Source: an uncultured Pseudomonadota bacterium
GTDB lineage: Bacteria; Oederibacteriota; Muellerivitia; Muellerivitales; Muellerivitaceae
DNA length: 64,000 nucleotides
Direction: 5' to 3'
NCBI GenBank assembly: GCA_963770835.1
Contig: CAVYRH010000019.1
Span: 288,001-352,000, forward strand
Below are positions 30,149 to 39,771 of the stretch, in pieces. Under the pieces are notes generated by a model, which saw only the letters and a program-made list of their open reading frames with translations, had not been told where the DNA came from and did not search any database. Both the position numbers and the translations under genes were made by a program. Each line of letters opens with the position of its first letter. Position 1 is the first letter of the stretch.

Positions 30149-32485
30149 ATGAAAAAATTACCCCTGGTCTTCATAACCGACCGTCCGCCCCTCCACAAGC
30201 GCCAGTTGCTGAGCATCCTTGTGCGCGGCGTGGTGCAGGGCGTGGGCTTCCGCCCCTTCGTGTACCGCCTGGCGAAGGAACTGAGCCTGACCGGCTATGT
30301 CCTGAACGGCCCCCAGGGCGTGGAAATCGAGGCCGAGGGCAACATCCGGGCCCTGAGGGAATTTTTAAAGCTCCTCAAGTCCGACAAGCCTCCCCTGGCG
30401 ATGCTGGAAAGCGTGGATTCCCACCTGATGCCCCCCAAGGGTTACCGGGATTTCCGCATCCAGGAAAGCAGCGAAAAAGGCGCCAAAACTGTCCTCATCC
30501 TGCCCGACGTGGCCATCTGCCCGGACTGCCTCTCTGACATACTGGACCCCCAAAACCGCCGTTACCTCTACCCCTTCACCAACTGCACCAATTGCGGGCC
30601 CCGTTTTTCCATCATCGAAAGGCTTCCCTACGACCGGCTCCACACCACCATGAGGCGTTTCATGATGTGCCCCGAGTGCCGGAGGGAATACATGGACCCG
30701 GCCAACCGCCGCTTCCACGCCCAGCCCAACGCCTGCCCCCTCTGCGGACCCCAACTGGAGTTTTGGGACGGGGCGGGGAAGGTGCTATCCGTCCGCCAGG
30801 CGGCGCTGGAGCAGGCCGTGAAGGCCTTGAAATGGGGCGGCATCGTGGCCCTGAAGGGCCTGGGGGGCTTCCAACTCCTCTGCGACGCGCGCAACGAAAA
30901 AGCGGTCGCCGAACTTCGCGCCCGCAAAAGGCGCGAGGCCAAGCCCCTTGCCGTCATGTTCCCCGGTCTGCTGGCGCTCCAAGCCGCCTGCCTGGTGAGC
31001 CAGGCGGAGGAAAAACTTCTTACCTCTCCCGAGGCTCCCATTGTTCTTTTAAAAAGGAAACCCCTCGATATCACCTTAGCTGCTTCGGTGGCACCGGGAA
31101 ACCTCCAGTTGGGCGCTTTCCTTCCCTATACACCGCTCCACTTCATTCTCATGGATAAACTGGGAATCCCCGTGGTGGCCACCAGCGGCAACCTTTCCGA
31201 CGAACCCATCTGCACCGACGGGGCCGAAGCACTGGAGCGCCTGAGGGGCATCGCGGATTTCTTCCTCACCCACAACCGGCCCGTCGCGCGGCCCATGGAT
31301 GATTCGGTAGCCCGGGTGGTCTCGGGCGAGGTGCAGGTGATCCGCCGGGCCCGGGGTTACGCCCCCCTGCCCGTGCACCTGGCCTCGGGCGGCCCCACCG
31401 TGCTGGCCCTGGGCGGTTACTTGAAGAACACCGTGGCCCTGGCCAAGGAAGGCCGGGTATTCGTGAGCCAGCACCTGGGCGACCTGGGGACTGTGGCTTC
31501 GCTGGAGGCTTTCGAGAAATCCCTCACCGACCTGCCCCGGCTTTATGAGGCGGCGCCGGAAGCCGTGGCCTGCGACCTGCACCCCGACTACCCTTCCACC
31601 CGCCGCGCGCAGGAAATGAACCTGCCGGTGATTTTCGTCCAGCACCACGTGGCCCACGTTTTTTCCGTCCTGGCCGAGAACCACCTGGAAGGCCCCGTCT
31701 TGGGGGTCGCCTGGGACGGCACGGGCTGGGGCACCGACCACACCATCTGGGGCGGCGAATTTTTCACCGTGGACAAGGAATGCGTCCAGCGCTTCGCCCA
31801 CCTGCGGCCTTTCCCCCTGGTCGGAGGCGACAAGGCGGCAAAGGAATCCCGCCGTCCGGCCCTGGGGATTCTCTATGAGCTCTACCGGGAAACGGCTTTT
31901 GGCTTGGACTTCCCCACTGTCGGGGCCTTCGTTCCGCAGGAGCTTTCGGTGTTGGGGAAGATGCTTTCTTTCCCGGAACGCACGATGACTTCCAGCATGG
32001 GACGCCTCTTCGACGCCGTGGCTTCCCTTACCGGGCTTTGCCAGAAGAGCCGCTTCGAGGGCGAAGCCGCCATGGCCCTGGAATTCGCGCTGGAGGATGT
32101 CCAAACCGAAGAGGCCTATCCCCTTCCCTTGGTTTTCCATGGCGGAACGGCCCTGCTGGATTGGGAACCCTTGGTCCGGCAATTGTTGGAGGATGTGAGA
32201 CAGCGGACGTCCGTTTCCATGATTTCCTGGCGTTTTCACAACGCCCTGGTGGAAGGGCTCATGAAGGTGGCCGCCAAGGCCGGACTGGAACAGATCGCCT
32301 TATCGGGCGGCTGTTTCCAGAACCGCGCCTTGGCCGAAATGGCGGTCCACCGCCTGAAAGCCGAAGGCTTCCGGCCCTATTGGCAGAAGCAGGTTCCGCC
32401 TAATGACGGCGGGCTATCGTTAGGACAAGCCGCTTATGCCCGATGGAAGTTGCAGGTGGAAAAAAATAACGGGAGACTTCGTTAG
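30149..32485 (+). CDS. hypF: Carbamoyltransferase HypF
   Basis: GVVQGVGFRP, CxxC Zn fingers, KGLGGF, QHHVAH, PPNDGG. Confidence 0.97.
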   Translation: MKKLPLVFITDRPPLHKRQLLSILVRGVVQGVGFRPFVYRLAKELSLTGYVLNGPQGVEIEAEGNIRALREFLKLLKSDKPPLAMLESVDSHLMPPKGYRDFRIQESSEKGAKTVLILPDVAICPDCLSDILDPQNRRYLYPFTNCTNCGPRFSIIERLPYDRLHTTMRRFMMCPECRREYMDPANRRFHAQPNACPLCGPQLEFWDGAGKVLSVRQAALEQAVKALKWGGIVALKGLGGFQLLCDARNEKAVAELRARKRREAKPLAVMFPGLLALQAACLVSQAEEKLLTSPEAPIVLLKRKPLDITLAASVAPGNLQLGAFLPYTPLHFILMDKLGIPVVATSGNLSDEPICTDGAEALERLRGIADFFLTHNRPVARPMDDSVARVVSGEVQVIRRARGYAPLPVHLASGGPTVLALGGYLKNTVALAKEGRVFVSQHLGDLGTVASLEAFEKSLTDLPRLYEAAPEAVACDLHPDYPSTRRAQEMNLPVIFVQHHVAHVFSVLAENHLEGPVLGVAWDGTGWGTDHTIWGGEFFTVDKECVQRFAHLRPFPLVGGDKAAKESRRPALGILYELYRETAFGLDFPTVGAFVPQELSVLGKMLSFPERTMTSSMGRLFDAVASLTGLCQKSRFEGEAAMALEFALEDVQTEEAYPLPLVFHGGTALLDWEPLVRQLLEDVRQRTSVSMISWRFHNALVEGLMKVAAKAGLEQIALSGGCFQNRALAEMAVHRLKAEGFRPYWQKQVPPNDGGLSLGQAAYARWKLQVEKNNGRLR

Positions 32486-32548
32486 GACTAACCCCGGTCA
32501 AGCCCCGTCAAATGAAAGTTGAACCGTCTTTTCCCGTTCCGGCGCCCC

Positions 32549-33652
32549 TTAGGCTGTTGCTCTTTTTCCGGAAATAACCCGCATACATCCCGCGCAGTTG
32601 CGCCCCTGGCGCTTGGCCTGGTAAAGGCTTTGGTCTGCCAGCTTGAACATCTGGCGCGCGTCGGTCCTGCCGCCGCAATAACTCGTTGTTCCCAGGCTGA
32701 CGGTCAGGGGATAAGAGTCCATCCGGATTCCCGGCAGGCTCGGCGGGTTTTCACGGACCTGCTTGAGGAGGCGCTGGACCAGGAAATTGGCGCTGGCCGG
32801 CGGGGTATCGGGCAGGAGGATGGCGAATTCCTCGCCGCCGATCCGCGCTACCGTATCCAGGCCTCGCACGCAGGCGTGGAAGATCCGGGCGATATGCTTC
32901 AAAAACTCATCGCCCGTGTCGTGGCCATAGGCGTCGTTGACCCGCTTGAAATGATCCAAGTCCGCCAGGACCAGGCTGCAGGAGCGCCCGGTTTTCTTGC
33001 AGCGCTTCAGCTCCTCGGCCAGCGCCTTCTCGAAAAACCGGCGGTTGGAAAGGCCCGTCAGCGGGTCGGTAACGGACTGCTGGACGACCTTCTCGTGGGC
33101 CCGTAGGGACTGGAGGGCCATGCCCACCTGGGTCGCGAAATTAAAAAGGGCCGCGGTGTCCGAACGCGTGATGAGCCGTTTCATGTTCAGCTGGTCCACC
33201 GCCAGGGCCCCGATGATCTTGCCGCCCCCCACTTGGATGGGCACCACTGCGGTGCTGCGGACGGGGACGCGCTGGCAGTCGCCCTTGTGCTGGCGTTGTG
33301 GCAGCCGGTTGGTGAAGTAGTAACGCAGATGGCCGTTGACGATATCCGAAAAAGCGTTGGCGCCCCGGCGGCGGAGGATGGGAAACCGGTCCTTGTTTTT
33401 CTCGAAGCGCCCGTGTTTGTCGACGCCTAAGGCCAGGGTCATGGCGCGCCCGTCGGGCTCCAGAAGGAAAATACCGCAGCGCTTGAATCCCAATCCTTTT
33501 TGCACGGACCAGATGGTCAATTTGAACAGGGATTCCAAAGGGATACCCCGGCGCATCCCCTCCATGACGCGCTGATACATCAGCACTTCCTGGTTCAACA
33601 GCTTTTGACGCCGAGAGATTCGGTGAAATTGGACGTCCGATAGGTAAGGCAT
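32549..33652 (-). CDS. GAF + GGDEF diguanylate cyclase
   Basis: GAF-like AVVPI...IGALAVD; DPLTGLSNRR, DLDHFK, RGLD I-site, GGEEF. Confidence 0.9.
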   Translation of the reverse strand: MPYLSDVQFHRISRRQKLLNQEVLMYQRVMEGMRRGIPLESLFKLTIWSVQKGLGFKRCGIFLLEPDGRAMTLALGVDKHGRFEKNKDRFPILRRRGANAFSDIVNGHLRYYFTNRLPQRQHKGDCQRVPVRSTAVVPIQVGGGKIIGALAVDQLNMKRLITRSDTAALFNFATQVGMALQSLRAHEKVVQQSVTDPLTGLSNRRFFEKALAEELKRCKKTGRSCSLVLADLDHFKRVNDAYGHDTGDEFLKHIARIFHACVRGLDTVARIGGEEFAILLPDTPPASANFLVQRLLKQVRENPPSLPGIRMDSYPLTVSLGTTSYCGGRTDARQMFKLADQSLYQAKRQGRNCAGCMRVISGKRATA

Positions 33653-34143
33653 TGGTCCTCCCTGGAAATAATTCCGTTCAATAAGGAACCGGGCGTAAAA
33701 CCTGGTAAAAATCCCATGACAAAGACAGAATTCAGGCTAATTAGGTTTTCCGTTAAACCTAAAAAATACAAAAGATTTCGTCGGCAATATTTCCGTTTTT
33801 GCCGCGTAAAGCGGAATTTGGAACATTTCACCGCAAGATCAGCTTGGTCTTTAAATTTTTTTATTGAGTTGGGTCTAGGACAAAACCGATAGAGGCATCT
33901 ATCAAGAAAATTATACCCCTGGAACGGGTTCTGGATTTATTTTTTTGTTTTTCGGAGAGCACCAGAACGGCCGGAATGGCGGTGATAAAACCGGTTACGG
34001 TAATATTCAACAAGTTTCAGTGCCTCGCCAAAAGACCCTATGGTCTTTTGACTTCTTCCACAACGCCTATTCTTCCTACCCGAAATGTTATATTCCCCTG
34101 GATCGAATAGATTCAATCCAGGGTCTCAGTGAAAGGAGCCAAA

Positions 34144-34713
34144 ATGAAACTTGATCCCAAGAAGACGGCGGTGCTGAGTTTGGACATCCAGGAAGGAATC
34201 CTGGGCCGTGTGCCGGGAGCGGCGGCGGCACTGCCCAGCGCGGCCCTTACGGTGGAGGCGGCCCGCAAGGGTGGGTTCTTCCTAGCTCATGTGGGAATCG
34301 GCTTTGAGCCGGGCTACCCGGAAATCAGCCCCCAGCATCCGCGTTTTTCCATGGTTAAGGAAAGCGGGCTTTTCATCAAAGGATCGGACTCGGCGAAGAC
34401 CCATTCATCTATTTTTAAGCCAGGCGACAGGGTGGTTTACAAACACCGGGTGAGCGGCTTCGCCGGGAATTCCCTGGAAATGATCCTGCGTGCGCAGGGT
34501 ATTGTGAACTTGGTGCTTTTCGGGTTTTCGACCAGCGGCGTCGTTTTATCCACCCTGCGGCGGGCCAGCGACCTGGATTTCCTTTGCACCGTCATCAAGG
34601 ACGCCTGCTTCGACCCCGACGAGGAAGTACACCGGGTTCTTACAGAGAAGATCTTCGCCGCCCAAGCCACGGTCATCACGGCCAAAACCTTTTCAACCGA
34701 ATACGCCGTTTAG
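34144..34713 (+). CDS. Isochorismatase-family hydrolase
   Basis: TAVLSLDIQ, KHRVSGF and GFSTSGVVLST; GGAG RBS. Confidence 0.85.
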   Translation: MKLDPKKTAVLSLDIQEGILGRVPGAAAALPSAALTVEAARKGGFFLAHVGIGFEPGYPEISPQHPRFSMVKESGLFIKGSDSAKTHSSIFKPGDRVVYKHRVSGFAGNSLEMILRAQGIVNLVLFGFSTSGVVLSTLRRASDLDFLCTVIKDACFDPDEEVHRVLTEKIFAAQATVITAKTFSTEYAV

Positions 34714-34777
34714 TAAGTGGGACAGATTTCAGGGTTTCCATCAACTAGGACGGGACCGGTGGACCGCTTTACTTTGA

Positions 34778-35407
34778 TTAAGCGGCGTTTTCGGCCGGCA
34801 AGGATTTGGCCAATCCTCGCAGGTGGACGGCCAACCACAGGGTGGGAATCGCGGAAATGAGGGCGTAAACACTCAGGAGCCCGATGAGGGATTTGCCGCT
34901 GAATCCCCCGATGAGAAGTAATGCCCCGAAAGTCCATGCAAAAAACCCCGCCCAGAGGCATTGCCGGTTTCTGGCTCCATAGCCGTTGGGGTCGATCCCT
35001 TGGGTGATTTCCAATATCCCCACCAAAAAAGCCCAGACCGCGATCCAAACCGACAGCGAAGGCATGAAGAACCGGGGCCAAATCCAGACCGCTATGCCCA
35101 GGACCACGCTGATAAACCCCTTCCCGAGCAGGGCCCACCACCGGCACATTTGGCCCTGAAGCCGGAAACCCATGGTGAAGGCGCAGACCCCGTCCAGCAG
35201 CGCGTAAAGGCCCAGGTAGAGGACGAGGAAGGCGATGAGAGTTGCGGCTTGCAGGAAGAGGGAGAGGCCGAACGGGTCGCAGGATTGTTGGTTAAGGTAC
35301 AAAAGCGTGATGGCCGAGGCCGAGCCCACGAGAATCCCAAAGGTTCCCTTAAGGGTCATGAGCTTCCAGCATTTTGACAGGACAGCGGGCAATTGCGGGG
35401 GTGCCAT
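34778..35407 (-). CDS. HdeD/DUF308-family membrane protein
   Basis: W.LMTLKG, GLYALLDGV, WWALLGKG, WIAVWAFLVGILEI. Confidence 0.75.
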   Translation of the reverse strand: MAPPQLPAVLSKCWKLMTLKGTFGILVGSASAITLLYLNQQSCDPFGLSLFLQAATLIAFLVLYLGLYALLDGVCAFTMGFRLQGQMCRWWALLGKGFISVVLGIAVWIWPRFFMPSLSVWIAVWAFLVGILEITQGIDPNGYGARNRQCLWAGFFAWTFGALLLIGGFSGKSLIGLLSVYALISAIPTLWLAVHLRGLAKSLPAENAA

Positions 35408-35632
35408 ATATGAAGCCTCATTTTTCTTTCAACCCAGGAACCACTATTAAAATAACGGAAATTTTCAAAATTTCTGATGAGCCCGCTCATAATTCAAACC
35501 TGTCGGACCTCCAATCATCCGCATCCCACCGGGTGGAGAAAGCAAAACCGTGACACCCATTCCCCCTTCCGGTCTGGGATTCATCTGTCCGGGTATTCCC
35601 CTATAATGTGCCCATCTCAGGGGAGGGGTTGT

Positions 35633-36505
35633 ATGAAGAGGCTCAAAGCCCAATGGCACGACAAATTTTTTTCGGGCATCTACGTCAAAATGCTCACGGG
35701 CCAATATTATGAAAAGATGCCGGTCACCCATTTGACCTTTCCAGCCCCAACCCCCGCGGGTGCCGGAAGGGTCTCTCGGAAAAGGATATATCAGCGGGGT
35801 CTGTTTGATTTTTTGAATTGGCCTTTCCTTTTCGCCCTGGGTTTTTCCGTCTTCCTGGCCTGGGGCTGCATGAGCAAAAGGGTCCTCAACCATCCCCTGG
35901 AGGCCCGGGGGAACAACCTAGCCTTCGTGGTCTATGCCGAGAACCCGGCCGAGCTGCTCGAAACGGGCAAGGACGACACGGGCAAGATGGGCCATACCTC
36001 CTTTGCCGCCTGGCTCAATGACAGCCTGGCCTCCGGCTGCAACAAGTACCGCTATTATTATTTCGACCCCACGATGGTCCTGGCGAAGGCCGAGTCGAAG
36101 GGGGTGTCGATCCTCGAATGTCTGGTTTTGACCGGGGACGGCCAACCCACCTCCCAACCGCCCCTCCCCACCTACCCCGGCTCGGCCCTTCCCGCCCTCT
36201 TTGATGTAGCTTCAGACCTAGGCGCCACCCACGTGGTCAAGGTGAAGTTCCTCAGCTATTTCCGCAAGGACTATTACCGGGACGATGGCAAGGTGAAAGG
36301 CGACTTCGTCAAGCTGGAGTTCCAGGCCCGGGTGACGGCCTGGGCCGTCGGCTGGCTCCAGCCCGTCTTCGACCAGCCCGTCAGTTTTTCCGCCGACAAC
36401 AGCATGCTCTTTGGGGACCTGACCGGCGGGGGCAACGTCAAGAAGGCCCTGGATGCCGCCATCGTGGCGGGAGTTGCTCCAAACCCTACGCCCGTTCAAA
36501 AGTAA
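35633..36505 (+). CDS. Hypothetical protein, probably a lipoprotein (start uncertain)
   Basis: TATAAT and a GGAGG RBS precede ATG 35633; internal lipobox-like FSVFLAWGC; GC3-rich codons in the distal part. Confidence 0.55.
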   Translation: MKRLKAQWHDKFFSGIYVKMLTGQYYEKMPVTHLTFPAPTPAGAGRVSRKRIYQRGLFDFLNWPFLFALGFSVFLAWGCMSKRVLNHPLEARGNNLAFVVYAENPAELLETGKDDTGKMGHTSFAAWLNDSLASGCNKYRYYYFDPTMVLAKAESKGVSILECLVLTGDGQPTSQPPLPTYPGSALPALFDVASDLGATHVVKVKFLSYFRKDYYRDDGKVKGDFVKLEFQARVTAWAVGWLQPVFDQPVSFSADNSMLFGDLTGGGNVKKALDAAIVAGVAPNPTPVQK

Positions 36506-36656
36506 CCTAATTCTTTACTATTGCCCTATTTAGAACCCGGGCAGCCAGGGGCATTTTACGGCTGAAAATTCCGCTTTCCTTTTTTCGGTTTTTTTCTAAT
36601 ATGCACCCCTACCCAAGACGGCCATCTTTAGATAAGCTTGGAATTAAGAGGCATTC

Positions 36657-37463
36657 ATGAAACGAACCTTTTTAACCACTCTGGTCCTGGCCCTACTCTT
36701 CCCCACGGCCGGCCTTTGGGCGGCCACCAACGCGGTCTTCACCTCGGTCACTGGCAAGGTGGAGGTCAAGGACGCCCAAGGCAAGAATACCCGCGCCGCT
36801 GAAAAGGACGCCGCCGTGGTGGAGGGCGAGCACATCTCGGCCGGACCCGATTCCCAGGCCACCCTCCAGCTCTTCGATGGTTCCAAAGTGGATATCAGCC
36901 CCAACACCGCCTTTGTCCTGGAAAAGCTCCAACAGCCCAACCTCGATGACAAGGTCATCCAGTTCAAGCTGGAGCTGGGTAAGCTCTTCGCCACGGTGAA
37001 GAGGCTGGCCACGGCCAAGTCCTCTTTCGAGATCGAGGCTGGGGGCGTAGTATGCGGCGTTCGGGGCACTCAATACTGGATGGAATACAACCCCTCTACC
37101 GGCAAGGTGAACGTGCTGGTTCTGGACGGCACGGTCTGGTCCACCACCAACGGACAGACCCAGATTTTGCACGCCGGCGATGGCGGCTCCTGGGACCACG
37201 GTTCATGGACACCCCACCCGCCTCCCACCGGCGGCAACCCGCCGCCTACGACCGGCAACCTGCACCCCGGTTTCATCGCCTCCAACCCCTTCTACGGCTT
37301 CAACGGGAACGGCTCGGACGACTTCAACAGCCACTTGACCAACCTCCCCAGCGGCCTTACCGGCGTGACGGGCACCATTGGCAACACCGGCGTGGTCGGG
37401 CTCGCCGCCCATAACAACCTGAATCTTCAATTGAAGTTCCCCCAATACCTCCCTTTGCCCTAA
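36657..37463 (+). CDS. Secreted FecR-domain protein
   Basis: Signal peptide; G.HI..GPDSQATLQLFDGSKVDISPNT, LELGKL, FEIEA.GVVCGVRGT. Confidence 0.8.
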   Translation: MKRTFLTTLVLALLFPTAGLWAATNAVFTSVTGKVEVKDAQGKNTRAAEKDAAVVEGEHISAGPDSQATLQLFDGSKVDISPNTAFVLEKLQQPNLDDKVIQFKLELGKLFATVKRLATAKSSFEIEAGGVVCGVRGTQYWMEYNPSTGKVNVLVLDGTVWSTTNGQTQILHAGDGGSWDHGSWTPHPPPTGGNPPPTTGNLHPGFIASNPFYGFNGNGSDDFNSHLTNLPSGLTGVTGTIGNTGVVGLAAHNNLNLQLKFPQYLPLP

Positions 37464-37474
37464 CCGGACCCCCC

Positions 37475-38668
37475 ATGAACCTTTCTAAAGCAAAAACCGG
37501 GTTTTACCTCTCCTTGGCCATTTTTCTTTCCGCGACCATCCCCGCCTGGGCCGATCAGGAAGAGCTGCAAGTGGGTTATGTGTTCAACGCCTGGAACAGC
37601 AATTCCCTTTTCCACGGCACCGAGAACCGTGTGCCTCTCAACTATTACTTCTCCACGCCCAACTTTTCCCTCACCTTAGGTACGGCCTTCGTGGCCGGTG
37701 ACTACATGAAGGATTCGGTCGCGGACCTCCTGGGATCCTCCTACAACGCCAGCAAATTCGCCGACACCGACCTGGGCGCCAACTGGACCTTGGACATGGG
37801 TAACTCGGTGAAGTCCACTTTCTCCGGCACCCTCAACTTTCCCACCGGCGACGACAATTGGGAGATCGCCGAGCAGGTAGGGGCCATCCCCTACATCTTC
37901 GAGCCCAGCTTCTATCACGGCGCGGGCTGGGGCGGGAACCTGTTCTACACCCTCTCGGCGGCCACTAGCGGCATGGACTACGGGGTGGGCGGCGGCTTCA
38001 TGTCCACGGGGGTTTACGATACCGGCCTCTCCAGCGAGGGCACCTTCAGCCCGGGCAACAACCTGCTGGCCCTGGCCACCGTGGGGTTCCAGATGTCTCA
38101 AACCGAATCCTGGGCCTTCCGCTGCGTGCGCACCTTCCCCATGGAATCCACCTACGCTAACGCGGCCAACGACTTCACCGAGGGCGCGGGCAACATCCTC
38201 ACCACCCAATGGTTCAGCCAGGTGGGCGGCGACCGGCTGGTCCTCAACGCCTCCTACAGTTTTTACGGCACGGGCAACACGGCCCTGCCCAACGCTCCCT
38301 ATTCCCTGACCGCCGACCCCGGGTCCTACTTCGGCGACCGGCTGGAAATCCATCCCATTTTCGGCTATTCCATAGGCAAGGATATGGTCATGGAAACGGG
38401 CCTCATTTGGGACTGGATCCAACCCAACGGCTATCCTAATTCTCAGGTCAACATTGGCAGCTCGAACGATTATGAGGGTGGTGGAAATCTTTTTGGCATT
38501 GAGCAAAGTGCCACTTTTCAGCTTGACCCCGGCACCTTCTGGAACATAGCCGGGCTTTATCATTACATCACCAATAACAACGCGGGCCAGAATGCTTTGG
38601 GTCAGGACGTCTTGACGATCACTTACAACCGGTTCAGTATCGGCACGAATGTGGGGTTCAAATGGTGA
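37475..38668 (+). CDS. Probable outer-membrane beta-barrel protein
   Basis: Signal peptide (AWA), aromatic/Gly-rich amphipathic strands, C-terminal VGFKW. Confidence 0.6.
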   Translation: MNLSKAKTGFYLSLAIFLSATIPAWADQEELQVGYVFNAWNSNSLFHGTENRVPLNYYFSTPNFSLTLGTAFVAGDYMKDSVADLLGSSYNASKFADTDLGANWTLDMGNSVKSTFSGTLNFPTGDDNWEIAEQVGAIPYIFEPSFYHGAGWGGNLFYTLSAATSGMDYGVGGGFMSTGVYDTGLSSEGTFSPGNNLLALATVGFQMSQTESWAFRCVRTFPMESTYANAANDFTEGAGNILTTQWFSQVGGDRLVLNASYSFYGTGNTALPNAPYSLTADPGSYFGDRLEIHPIFGYSIGKDMVMETGLIWDWIQPNGYPNSQVNIGSSNDYEGGGNLFGIEQSATFQLDPGTFWNIAGLYHYITNNNAGQNALGQDVLTITYNRFSIGTNVGFKW

Positions 38669-39699
38669 AAAAACTTTTCCAATTAAGCTTGGCCGCGACC
38701 TTAGTCCTGGCGGTGGCGGTGGGCTGTAACAAGGCCACGAACCCGGTAGTCCCGGCCGGTTCGTCGGTGCTGCACTTGTCCCTTCCTTCGAAAATCCTGG
38801 GCAGCTTGTCCAAGTCCGTCTCCAGCCAGGACGCGGTGCCGGTGTCCGGCCAGGGCGCCTTGGAATACTACCTGAGCGCCTCGGGGGAAGCCCCCGTAAC
38901 CGGCGTCGTGATTTTCAACGACGGCTCCCAGGTGGGCAACATCTTCATCAACCTGCCCAAGGCGGGTGTATGGCTGGTGGCCGCCGAGTGGTTTTCCTTG
39001 TCACCCGTAGGCACTGCCGGCGCCAAAAAAGCCAGGCCCAAGCTGGTAGTTCCGGCGTACTCGCTGGTCACGCCCGAATTCGTCGGGGCGGACGAGGTGA
39101 ACGTCCAGGGCACCACCTCCTTCACCCTGGAAATGGAGGATATCAGCAATACGGAAAGCGCTTGCTATAACGGGTCCATCAGCAATGCCGACCCCGTCAC
39201 CTGCGGGTACAGCTATTCGGACCTCTTTTCCTTCAACAGCGGTATCTTGTCGCTTTCCTCGATACTCGGGACAACGGGGGACATACAGGCACTTTATGAC
39301 CTAACCACCGCCTCAACTTACCTGGCCAGCTTCTCGGGCTCGACCTTCGCTTACCTCGGCAACGGGGATTTGGTTAACTACCCCGTTGTCCCCAACAACA
39401 CCGCTTTTTATCCCGATACCCTCTCGGCCAAAACCGCGGTGGCGGGATCGGCCTCGTCACCAGTCTCGGTCGGTGATATTTTCGTGATCAAGATCCCGTC
39501 CCAAAACGCCATGGTTTGGTTTCAGGTCACCTCAGATCTCCTGAATGGATGTACAGGCACCAACGATTCCTCGATCTACTTTTGTTTTGTTTACAACAGC
39601 CAGGGTTTGAACTACATGAAGTTCGACCAGACCGCCTACGGCCTCGTCTACTGCAACCAGAACAACGGGCCAGGACCCACCCCCACCCCCGCTCCCTGA
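38662..39699 (+). CDS. Hypothetical lipoprotein
   Basis: Lipobox VAVGC; overlaps the upstream stop; ends PGPTPTPAP. Confidence 0.65.
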   Translation: MVKKLFQLSLAATLVLAVAVGCNKATNPVVPAGSSVLHLSLPSKILGSLSKSVSSQDAVPVSGQGALEYYLSASGEAPVTGVVIFNDGSQVGNIFINLPKAGVWLVAAEWFSLSPVGTAGAKKARPKLVVPAYSLVTPEFVGADEVNVQGTTSFTLEMEDISNTESACYNGSISNADPVTCGYSYSDLFSFNSGILSLSSILGTTGDIQALYDLTTASTYLASFSGSTFAYLGNGDLVNYPVVPNNTAFYPDTLSAKTAVAGSASSPVSVGDIFVIKIPSQNAMVWFQVTSDLLNGCTGTNDSSIYFCFVYNSQGLNYMKFDQTAYGLVYCNQNNGPGPTPTPAP

Positions 39700-39711
39700 C
39701 GTCCGCTTGAT

Positions 39712-39752
39712 AAAAAAAAGGCCGCCCCTTAAAAGGACGGCCTTTTAAAAAA
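39712..39752. terminator. Bidirectional rho-independent terminator
   Basis: A8-GGCCGCCCC...GGACGGCC-TTTT between convergent genes. Confidence 0.7.
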
Positions 39753-39771
39753 ACCTTAAAAATTTCGGGTC

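Noticed and set aside
33660..34140. AT-rich intergenic region with small ORFs
   Set aside because: No convincing RBS, motif or RNA structure; treated as a divergent promoter region
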